NCBI RefSeq assembly: GCF_964204645.1 | Contig: NW_027437434.1 | Coordinates: 62,001 to 126,000, forward strand | Length of the DNA: 64,000 bases | Direction of reading: 5' to 3' | DNA from: Tubulanus polymorphus | Lineage: Eukaryota; Animalia; Nemertea | Shown: positions 41,720-51,800 of the stretch, one piece after another | Layout of the letters: the number at the start of each line of letters is the position of its first letter | How positions within the stretch are numbered: position 1 is the stretch's first letter | The notes under the pieces: model-generated | What the model saw: the letters and a program-made list of their open reading frames with translations, nothing else | The model's database searches: none | Told to the model about the DNA's origin: nothing | Position numbers and translations under genes: made by a program

Positions 41720-43453
41720 TTATTTTATAAATTTATATTCATAGGGAAATTGTAGTCTCAGTATTAATTTTGAAACTTTATTACTTTTTAATTTATTCAT
41801 ATATTTATCATGTAATTCAGTAGGTATTATTTTATTTTCTTCCAATGATTGTTAAATAGATTTTCTATCTTTATTGTAGAATAATACTAAAAATCTAATG
41901 TTTTCTCTAAAATCCTTAACAATTGAACTATATTTTTGATTCAAAACCCATGTTGTAATTCCAAAATGTCTCCCAGAGAAAGCTTAATAGCATAGTTCAC
42001 TTTCTCTAAGTTTTGAATCATGTAAATTTGCACAATCATCTATAATGAATAATGTGTTTGATCCTTTATAAAAATCTAATGCTATTTTTATACAATTATC
42101 TCAATTTTCTTTAACTGTTTTAGGATCTAATATAATAAACTTTTTTGACGCCTTATAAAACGTTACCATTATGAAACTTAAACAATGTTAACCATTCAGC
42201 GTCATTTTACAAACGACAACCGTAAATCGATGTGCAAAACGTCACAGGTTTATGTGTACACATACAAGCTATTTGGCAAAATATTATTGATAAAGATGTA
42301 GAATGGCTCCCTGTGATTATATAATGACCTCTATTTGAACGTCGAAATGTTATATTGCATTGAATATCATGATAAGAGGTATTGTAATAGTAAAGGATGT
42401 ATGATTATATCAGGAGCGGCAGGCATAAATAGAAATGATAAGTAAATCGGATTATTCGGTTAAATGGCGGATGTATACACGATTTGGAAGTCTGATATAA
42501 AAGTCAGACCCTGACATGGGGATGCTAGTGGAATGACGAAGCTATCTACGATCTGAGTAGGGCCGGCGTGAATTTCATCGGCGGCTACAAGCGGTCTATA
42601 TAAAAACGTGTAAACAAATAATTTCAATATTCAAATGTTTTAGAAAATATGTTCGATATTAGGGGTATGCAGGTTTCATGAGATTAGCAATCTATAATAG
42701 CATAGCTGTCATATACGGCTCCGCGTCCGCTGATGGCATGTGTATAAGGTGACAATTCAATTCAATACTTTATTGATCCTTATTACATTGAAATTCCGGG
42801 ATGAAATTCCCAAATTCAATAAAGTTACAAATTTTAGAATAAGAAAATACAAGACACATGGGTAATTCATACAGAATAACATGAATAAGTTATTTAAATG
42901 ACGATGTCAACCCAGACTCAAGTCTAGGATATCGAGTGACAGCCAAACCGGGCCCCGGGACCGGGCCGGCTGGCTACACGATATGCTCGAAGTCATGATG
43001 AAGCAGACATCAGAAGAGCTCTTTCTTCAACCATGGAGGCAATGAAGTTGCAGACCAGCTTAGAGCAAAAGTGAATCGAAGTCGGTCACAAGTTGACATT
43101 TTTTTTTAAATTAGACCAGTCGAAGACTGTATCATCGCCAAATCTCATAATTCCCCAAATTTCTTAAAACTTCGATTTCAAATTTGCAATTCCACATTAG
43201 CTTATCCCAGAAATTCTACATTTTTTCGCAGGCGTCAAATAATTTATTAAAGTTAATTTTCTTGTTTATCTTAACTATATCTCTATTATATGTTTTATTC
43301 ATTTCATAAGTGGGGCAGAATAATATAATATTATCAAAAGGATTCTCATAAATAGTTTCTAACAAGTCTAATATGTAATGTGTTTTACCACAGTTGGTTA
43401 CCCCAGTAACTAACATTATTATGCGGTTCAAATATAAATAAATCTTTATTCAT
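41720..43453 (-). pseudogene. Polinton A32/FtsK-like DNA packaging ATPase, split by an insertion
   Basis: Walker A GVTNCGKT (about 43400). After the insertion: Walker B LFIIDD, SGRH and LNQKY..IVKDFRENI. Three in-frame stops and a 5' frameshift. Confidence 0.9.
42135..43247. mobile_element. 1.1-kb TIR element with TA TSD inserted in the ATPase gene
   Basis: ta|ataaacttttttgacgcct...aggcgtcaaataatttat|ta. Removing it restores the frame KKINFILDPK. Confidence 0.75.
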
Positions 43454-44531
43454 TTATTCTTATAATTTTACTAGATAAAATCCATTCATTGAATTTATCA
43501 TCATACCCTTTATATTTCACCAGAGAATACTTTTTCCTTTAAGAGTTTTTTGTTTTCAATACTTTTTCTATTTTGTATTCTATTTCATCTGGATTTGGTA
43601 CAAGTGATAATTCTTGTTCATAGAAATAACCTAATATTTCTTCATTTTTTAAATCTTCTAATTTATAAACAAATGGTTTAGTAAGTATTATCTTTTTAAT
43701 CTTGAATATTTTTTCGGTAAAATTTGGAGTATAACCTTTATAAAAGGTTTTTCTATATTTATATATTCTAACGTATTGTCCAATTTTAAATTTAGGTTCT
43801 CCGAAATCATGTGTAACAATGGCTCCATAATAATTATTCCAAACTATTTCTGAATTATCTTCTTTTCTAGCTTGTATCGGTTTCATATTTATAGCACTAT
43901 GTTTAGAATTATTTTAACCTTTCACTAAATCATCTAATACATCGATATATTTATATGTTTCATTGGCAGTAAAATATTTCCACATTCTAGTTTTCAATGT
44001 TTTATTAAATCTTTCTATGATAGATGCTTTTTTATCTGAGTGTGTTGAAAAATACTCTTCATCGTTATCAGATAATAGTTTTTTAAAATGTTTATTATAA
44101 AATTCCTTACCTTCATCAAATTGTATCTTACCTGGAATAGCTTCTTTAAATATATTTCTAAATGCATTTGTTACTTCTATACCAGTTTTATTTTTGATTG
44201 GAATTGACCATGCGTATCTACTGAATATATCTATAACATTTAATATCCAGAAATATCCTTTGTTGTATTCTTCTAAGTTCTTCATGTCAATCAAATCTGC
44301 TTGCCATTGTTGATCAATGTATGAAACCATAACTTTTCTCGTTAAATAATTTTTATCCATTTTCTTATGGATTTGATATGTTGGTTGATTTTGTAACCAT
44401 ACTCTTAGTTCACTATATTTTATATTTTCTTTATCAGATTTAATTCTATCCCATAATTCTGAAACACTAGAATATGATACTTCACTCTCTGGAATATAAT
44501 ATAAATCTCTTAAATATTGTTCTTTTTTCAT
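43446..44531 (-). pseudogene. Polinton retroviral-like (rve) integrase with C-terminal chromodomain
   Basis: WQADL, DIFSRYAW, QFDEGKEF, IERFNKTLK (DDE triad); FKIGQYVRI, GYFYEQEL, LVKYKGYDDKFNEWI. Stops at 43914 and 43539. Confidence 0.93.
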
Positions 44532-44537
44532 CTTATT

Positions 44538-44897
44538 TTAATCCGTTAAGAATAATCTTGGTTTATTTTCAATGACTTTATCATTTGACTTATTTTCTGG
44601 TATAATAGGTTTATTATCGGAATCATTATTATTAGATTTGAATTTATATTTATATATTACGCCAGAAAATATAATAACTGTTACTAATCCAATTGTAATA
44701 TATAATTTATTATTACTTCCAGCATTAGATGAATCAGATGGATTATCATTCGAATCAATAACAGATAATTTCTGTGGTTCATTTATATCAGTTAATTTCT
44801 TTTTCTTTGCTTTTCTTTAAAGAAGATCTTCTACCCAATTCCCTTTCCCATTTAATTTCTTTTCGAATCTAGGTTTCTTCTTAATATCATCACTCAT
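44538..44897 (-). pseudogene. Small Polinton protein with basic N-terminus and a single TM helix; frameshifted
   Basis: MSDDIKKKPR...ELGRRSSLKKAKK...LYITIGLVTVIIFSGVIY...LFLTD*. Confidence 0.55.
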
Positions 44898-44971
44898 TTA
44901 TTTTACTTAATTTTTGTTCTGATTCAATATCTTCTGATTTATTTTTATCTTTACATACTATAGGTTTAATG

Positions 44972-45454
44972 TTAGAAAATGTTATAACTACAGTAAAAAA
45001 TCAATGTCATTATTCCACCTAATTGGAATGGAGCGTATCCAACCCATTTCTGTAATTCTCTCATAAATAAATAATCATTCTTTAAATCACTGTATAATTT
45101 ATTTTCATCATCAATTGGTATAATCCGGTTACATAATTTGGAGTAACATTTTATAATACCATCACTTATAGAATCGTTTATTCTAGCTAATCTAGCTTCT
45201 TCATATATTTTGAAATGTTTTATTACTTGATCTGGTTTCATGTTATCTAATTCTTGAAAAGTTATAATTCTATTTAAGAATTCCTTAGATTTCCCACCAG
45301 CAATCAATAGTTCTAGATGGTGCTTACATGTTGAATAGTATTCATAATCAATATTATTTTCAATTTTGGTTGGAATATCCTTATTATCACTAATGCCCAA
45401 ATCATCTAAGGTTTTTTCAATATCAATACTATTCTTACTCGATTTCTTTGACAT
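44972..45454 (-). CDS. Polinton conserved hypothetical protein (C-terminal hydrophobic segment)
   Basis: 160-aa ORF with LIAGGKSKEFL...YEEARL...LKND, located in the viral module. Confidence 0.6.
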   Translation of the reverse strand: MSKKSSKNSIDIEKTLDDLGISDNKDIPTKIENNIDYEYYSTCKHHLELLIAGGKSKEFLNRIITFQELDNMKPDQVIKHFKIYEEARLARINDSISDGIIKCYSKLCNRIIPIDDENKLYSDLKNDYLFMRELQKWVGYAPFQLGGIMTLIFYCSYNIF

Positions 45455-46141
45455 TTATATTAGCGAAAAAGTAGAAAAAATTAAACTTATTCTTCAAATG
45501 ATACTAATAACTCTTTGGGTTAATACTAAATTGACTCGGTTAGTTAAAGTTAAAGAATTTCTATTCAAATCTTATCAAAATACAAAGTATTCCCTTTTTG
45601 AAAAGAAATGTTAGATTTTGAATAAAAATATAATAAAATTCACTAGCTACTTGAAGTTATTGTTTTTTTAAATATTTTTTATTTAAATTAGGATTTAGAA
45701 TATCTCACTACCTTTGTCTATCTATAGGAGCAGTTAATATAAGTGTCCAGATAAGTCATTTCGGATCCTTGATATTAAACCTAGTTAATAATCAGAAATA
45801 TTAGAATAGTTAGTTTAATTATTGTTTTACAACCGTTTCTAATTATTCATTATTCAAAATTCTTTGCTTTAATTTTTACAGTCGTTTCTAATTATTACGT
45901 TGAAAGTTGGCAGCACTGAGTGAATTAGATACTGAAATGAAAATTTGAACTGGAATTTGAATTTAATATTCAATTAACATGGATAATTGATTACTGATTT
46001 GATTAAAAATTCGATCATAATTAAGTTAAAAATCCATAATTCATTCATCAGTTTTCATTCTTATATTCTTTTCATTCGGAATAATTTAGAATTTCAAATA
46101 ACGTAAACACCGTTTATATTGACTTCGGTGTTTTAGCTAAG

Positions 46142-46148
46142 TATATAA
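46142..46148 (+). promoter_or_regulatory. TATA box about 31 nt upstream of the structured RNA
   Basis: TATATAA; the first paired G is at 46173. Confidence 0.5.
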
Positions 46149-46172
46149 GGCAATTCATTCGACCACTGAAGT

Positions 46173-46461
46173 GCCGCCGAGCCTGGCTTGCAGGGGCATT
46201 TCGAAAATGCACCTTTGTCCACCCTCTGTGGTTCTCCTTCAGTTTCGACTTTCGATCCTCCCTTCGGGGGTTAAGGGTTGATAGGAAACGCATTAGGCGC
46301 CTTAAATATAATGTGTTTCCTGTCAACTATTGAAGGAGAATTGGTGAGGCGTGGGTCACAGGGGTGTAAATAGAAATGCTTGGGGATAAGTATCTTGTGG
46401 CGCCTCTCTATAACGGGATGCTTATCCCCTAGAAACTCTGCGAGTCAGGTCGGGTGGTTTT
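46173..46461 (+). ncRNA. Candidate Polinton-encoded structured ncRNA (~290 nt) with twin GGCGCC loops
   Basis: Seven manually paired helices with G-U wobbles, paired 5' and 3' ends, cUUCGg tetraloop, TTTT at 46458-46461. Confidence 0.8.
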
Positions 46462-46742
46462 GCTAAAACTTACCTTAAAACTGAAATTCCTTTTAATCAC
46501 GAGAGAGAATGTATCCTGTGTGTATTGTATGTACTGCGTGCTTAATCCAACTGCTAGCTATCCAATATAACATAACAACAAATGGCAACACCTGTTTGAT
46601 CGATCAATTTTCAAATTAATTACTCCCGTGGATTGAGCGTGTGGCAGATGTTAGGTATATACACATGGTTATAGTTGTTCGTAAAACGACTAAGTGCTTA
46701 TATATACACGTGTGACTCGAGTAGAGTTCTTATCATAAACGC

Positions 46743-47019
46743 TTAAGATTCAACGTGTTTTTCATTCTGTGTTGAATTCCATAATTCAACAAATGCCTTT
46801 GCTTTATCCAGTTGATCTAAATATAATTTCATATCTAGTTTGTTTCCTTTCCTAATATTTTCAAATTTTTCTAAAGGATCTTTGCTTACCATCTTTCTGA
46901 GTTTTATAAGTATAATATTCCGAGAGTTGTTTATTCAATTCACATTTTGAACATTTCTTATGATAAATATTAACAACACTATTTGTAATATTAATAGTTT
47001 GTGATTGTTCCGGCTCCAT
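46743..47019 (-). pseudogene. Small Zn-ribbon protein (KCSKC..K.LSEY....DG motif), about 90 aa, one frameshift
   Basis: MEPEQSQ...KKCSKCELNKQLSEYYTYKTQKDGKQRS.../ENIRKGNK...HVES*. Absent from the ORF track because of the frameshift. Confidence 0.55.
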
Positions 47020-47050
47020 TTATTAAACATATTTTTTTACTAAAATTTGA

Positions 47051-50014
47051 TTAACACGCTAGAATTCTTTTCATAATCTCATTCTCTTTTGTTTCTTCCC
47101 TTCTAAATTTTAAGTATTCTTCTAAATTGCAACCATACGCGACTGTATGAATTCCATCATCTAAAATATATCTTTTATCGTCAAATGGATTTAGACTAAC
47201 CTTTTCAATTTCTTCAATAAACATCTCGTGGTACTCAGATCTTAAACATTTCATCCTGTGTTTTCTTACTTCTTCATTAAATATACAATTGATGTAATCT
47301 TTAAAATGAATATTCTTTTCAACAACGCTTTTGGTAATTCCTTTTAACTTTTTAGATTCATGAGTTTTGGTTTTATATGAATACATTTTAGATCGAATTC
47401 CAATGAATTCAATCATTTCTTCACCTCCTAATTCATCTTTGAATTTACCGGACACATTTTTATTATCATTGTAAAACAATTCATGATCTTTTGGATAATT
47501 ACTTAAGTCGAAATGATGTTTTAATGTTTTTAAATCATCTGTTATGTTATTAGTTTTTATCTTTAATATGTAACTGTCGGTATCAAAATATAAGATTTCT
47601 ATATGCTTTTCTCCAAAATGAGGTTGTAATACGTTATAATAGAATTCATACATTAATAATTTTGATATTTCTAAAACTGTAGCACCAATATAAATTGGTT
47701 TATTAAATTTTATAGAAGTTCTTCTCATTTTAACTGCAGCTAAATTTTCATCAAATATTCTGTTACCTATGAACTTAGGATATGTTTGTAAATGCCTTAA
47801 CCTTTTACCATTACTAACTAACTCAATATCATTTCTATTTCTAACATTTTCACAAGTCTTACCATAGAATGCATTATTCATTAACTTGAAGAAATCTTTC
47901 TAAAAATCAGTATTAGCTTTAGTTCTCTGTTTGGTGTTAAAAACTATATATTTTTCTAACCATTTAGATTGACTGAATGAAATATATCTACGTACTTTTT
48001 TTAGACTCATTCCTCGATTCAAATATAATTTTAACGTTCTATAATGCACTACATGATTATATTTATCTTCCTGAGTTACCATTAACCTTTCTGTATGAAT
48101 ATGATTTTCGGGTTTAATTCTTTTTTGGTAATTTGATAATTCTTCATGTGTTACAGTTTTATATTCGGGGCAGTAAGCTAGATTTCTAGATTTAAATTTT
48201 CTAACTTCAGGAGGATATTCTGAATCTACAACAAAGAAGTAACCAACATTTATCTGCTAAATCAAATTCTTGTTTATCTTCTTCTGTCATTATAATTTCT
48301 TTATTTTCATTTAACTTTTCATTAAATTTTATTTCATATTCAATTAATAAGTCACAAAAATGATTGATAACATTTTCATTTCTATAATGATAATATTCAA
48401 TTTCAATTAGTTCTGCATAATTAGATTTAATATATAATCCCAAAGCTGCAGCACTTTGATAGATCTTTTTAATAGTATTTGTTATTAGAGGATCTGAATA
48501 ATCAATTATATCATTTTCATTAGAATTTAATTTCTTTCTTTTATGATATATTTCTTTTCTATCTTGGTCAGTTAATTCTTTATTTAGTGATTCAAAATCT
48601 CCATATATTACAAATGGTACTTTATTCTTGTAATCATATTTTTTAAATTCTAATAATTTATCCTTTTCATTTGGTAAAACTATTTTACAATAATCATGAT
48701 TTTCACATAATTGTTTATGATTCAATAATGCACTTTCATTACTGAATTTATGTAAACATTTTCTACATAGATATATTTTATTATCAAAATCATTTTCTGA
48801 TTTGAAAAATAAATCAATTCTTTTAATCCACGTATAATGATTCTCATAATGTAATATATCTATAACATCATTTGAATCATAATCTTTTGATAAGTATAGA
48901 GGTTCTGATGTATAATTTTCAATATTATTACCTTTTGTTCTTGGTAATTTGACTAAATCAAATACATTTATCTTTATATTATTATCTCTTTCTATTTTTG
49001 GAATATCTTTAATTCTAACAGGATAATTATCTATCTTATAATTATTTTCAAATGGTTTATAATTTGATACTCTACAAATATTATCAGTTGCAGGATGTAA
49101 GCAACTAATTATTCACCATAGAAAGCATTAGTTTTAAATGGTAATTTGATATAACTTGATCCATTAATATAATCATCTTTATAATATGATAAATTATTTT
49201 CATCAATTGGTTTAGATTTAGTTAATTTATTATATTTTGTGTTATAAACATGTTAATTCATAAATATTATTTCATCGAATATTAAACCAGATCCTTCAAA
49301 ATATTTCTCTTCCATTTTACTTTTTATTTCATTATAACATTTATCTAATTTATCATCTACATGTTGTTTTGACATAATATGTTGTGAATGAGAATTTATA
49401 TTATATATTGGTTCATCTTCAGATTTTAAAAATTTAACTTTAACTGATATACCAATCTTAGGGTATTCAACACCAGTAATTATTTTTATAATACTTTTCA
49501 TATTTTCTAAATGTTTTTTATTTTCTTCTAATGTTTCACTTTTATGAAATTTAAATTCAATAGCAGCTGGTCCAATATTGCTTTCAAATGCTTCGGTTAT
49601 TTCTGTTTCTTTTTTATTATCTAATGAATTAATATAATTTCTTACATCTTCCATGTATGGCCTTTTATTGTTTATTTTATTTTTTATTCTTTTAATTGTC
49701 TTCTGTTTCTTATCATCATCATTATCAAAATAATCTTCACCTAAAATATCATTATTCATATTTCTTATATGTATTTTAGATTTTAAATGTTCTTTATAAT
49801 ATCTTTTGTTACTGAATGATTGATTACATGTATCACATTTGTATATTTCTTTTTCATTCTTTAATTCATCTGATTTAGTTTCTAATATATCATCTTTATA
49901 TTCTCTTTTTTATTTATTTTCTAAGTGAGATTTAGTTTTATTGTGTCTTGCTTATTGAGATTTATCTATATCAATTTTACATGTTGAACAGTGGTACTTC
50001 TTATTTGCTTCCAT
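47051..50014 (-). pseudogene. Protein-primed family B DNA polymerase (pPolB) with N-terminal C2H2 fingers; internally deleted
   Basis: YHCSTC..H..KSH and YKCDTC..H..KIH fingers, exonuclease I VIYGDFES, GYFFVVDSEYP, NNAFYGK, YFDTDS, GKFKDE, KLKGI, PFDDKRY. Confidence 0.95.
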
Positions 50015-50030
50015 TTTAATACTAATTTTT

Positions 50031-50270
50031 TTATTAGGGTTTTCAGTTATTTCACAGAAAACCCTATTGATATCCGCGTGATTATTATTAGGGTTTTCTG
50101 TTATTTCACAGAAAACCCTATTGATATCCGCGTGATTATTAGGGTTTTCTGTTACATCACAGAAAACCCTATTGAGATTCGCGTGTTTCTTATTATTATT
50201 ATTATTATTAGGGTTTTCTGTTATTTCACAGAAAACCCTATTGATATCCGCGTGATTATTATTATTATTA
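50031..50270. repeat. Four tandem copies of a palindromic unit (tagggttttctgt..acagaaaaccctatt) with aat spacers; end of a repeat also present at 17770-18130
   Basis: Direct reading. About 50200-50560 matches the reverse complement of about 17770-18125. Confidence 0.85.
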
Positions 50271-51800
50271 TTTTCTTCCACACTATTTTTACCAAAAGAA
50301 CATAGGCTTTGTTACCTTACCGCTGTTTCATATACAATCCATATAATATCGTTCAGCTCACTGAGATCTACAAATAGCCCGCGTGTTTTTTCACGAATCA
50401 TCGTTACAAAAGCGCTGTCGGGCCGTAAACATCGAAAATCTAGCCCCATTCAATGGGGCGACATGTTTTTCGAGTCGTCATCCCGAAATCAACCCGCAGG
50501 CCGACTGTCACTTCGATTATCAATTCAAGTATAAATGAACTAATTTATTGCCGCAGACTTCACATTCAGTCGCGGTCTTCAGACAGTGATTTTAACAATA
50601 GCCCATTTTCCTCATCAAATCATATTACCGATACACTGGAAATTTACTACTTTAGATTTTAAAAGCACTGTCGAGCCGTAAACATCGACGAATCGACGTG
50701 TGTTACTACATCGTCGTTCCGGGGATCAGCTGCGAGTTTCTCCTCATCATGAAACTACGTGTAGTGAGCCTGTTATTCCAGCCTCGTATTCAGATATAGT
50801 GTGTACACACTGTACAGCTGCCTGTAGATACTGGTTGACATGAAATGTATAACTTAGCATGACGGAGCGATGATAACTAACGTTAACGTTAGTATATAGC
50901 ATCGGATACTGATACTCAAATTTCTCTGAAACAAAAACTCCAGGTTTCGTAAAAACTGAGTATATTACTGAGTAGGCTCGATTGTTCAAGTAGATATATA
51001 TAGTGAATGTCTGTGCATCGATTTGTTCAGGTATTATTTCAACTCACGATTGCATCATTCCGCGACAATTCAATATTTTGTTTTTATCGCCCGCGACGAT
51101 TCAATATCTTGTTTTTGTCGCCCGAGACAATTCATTATTTTGGTTTTATCGCCCGCGACAATTCATTAGTTTGGTTTTATCGCCCGCGACAATTCATTAC
51201 TTTGGTTTTATCGCCACCGACAATTCATTATTTTGGTTTTATCGCCCGCGAAAATTCATTAGTTTGTTTTTGTCGCCCGCGACAATTAATTAGTTTGGTT
51301 TTGTCGCCCGCGACAATTCAATATTTTGGTTTTGTCGCCCACGAAAATTCAATATTTTGGTTTTATCGCCCGCGACAATTCATTACTTTGGTTTTATCGC
51401 CACCGACAATTCATTATTTTGGTTTTGTCGCCCGCGACAATTCATTATTTTGGTTTTATATTTTGTTGTTGTCGCCCGCGACAATTTTCTTTTTTGGTTT
51501 TATCGCCTGCGACAATTCAATATTTTTGTTTTATCGCCCGCGATTATTCATTATTTTAGTTTTGTCGCCTGAGACAATTCACCATTTTGGTTTTGTCGCC
51601 CGCGACAATTCACCTTTTTGGTTTTGTCGCCCGCGACAATTAACCATTTAGGTTTTGTCGCCGGCGACAATTCACCATTTTGGTTTTGTCGCCCGCGACA
51701 ATTCATTATTTTGGTTTTATCGCCCGCGACAATTCATTAATTTTGATTTATAGCCCGCGACAATTCATTATTTTTGTTTTGTCGCCCCGACAATTCTTTT

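Noticed and set aside
44572-44820. + strand ORFs at 44572 and 45366, and - strand ORFs at 39681-40053
   Set aside because: 44572 and 39681-40053 are antisense shadows of AT-rich viral genes; 45366 only partly overlaps one and has no recognisable motif.
46114-46326. 70-aa ORF on the - strand over the GC island
   Set aside because: Non-ATG start and composition unlike the viral genes; the pairing pattern is better explained by a + strand RNA.
46173-46461. Identity as 7SL, RNase P/MRP, tRNA or a group I intron
   Set aside because: I could not find the SRP Alu/helix 8, RNase P P4, cloverleaf or group I core motifs by eye. An Rfam search is still needed.
49952-50305. Repeat-protein ORFs on both strands
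   Set aside because: A by-product of the tandem palindrome; the plausible viral start is the ATG at 50014.
51003-51651. Long overlapping ORFs here and at 54306-55130 and 59212-60089; possible CRISPR-like array
   Set aside because: These are translations of the 31-bp satellite and (TA)n. The repeats are contiguous with no unique spacers, and there are no cas genes.
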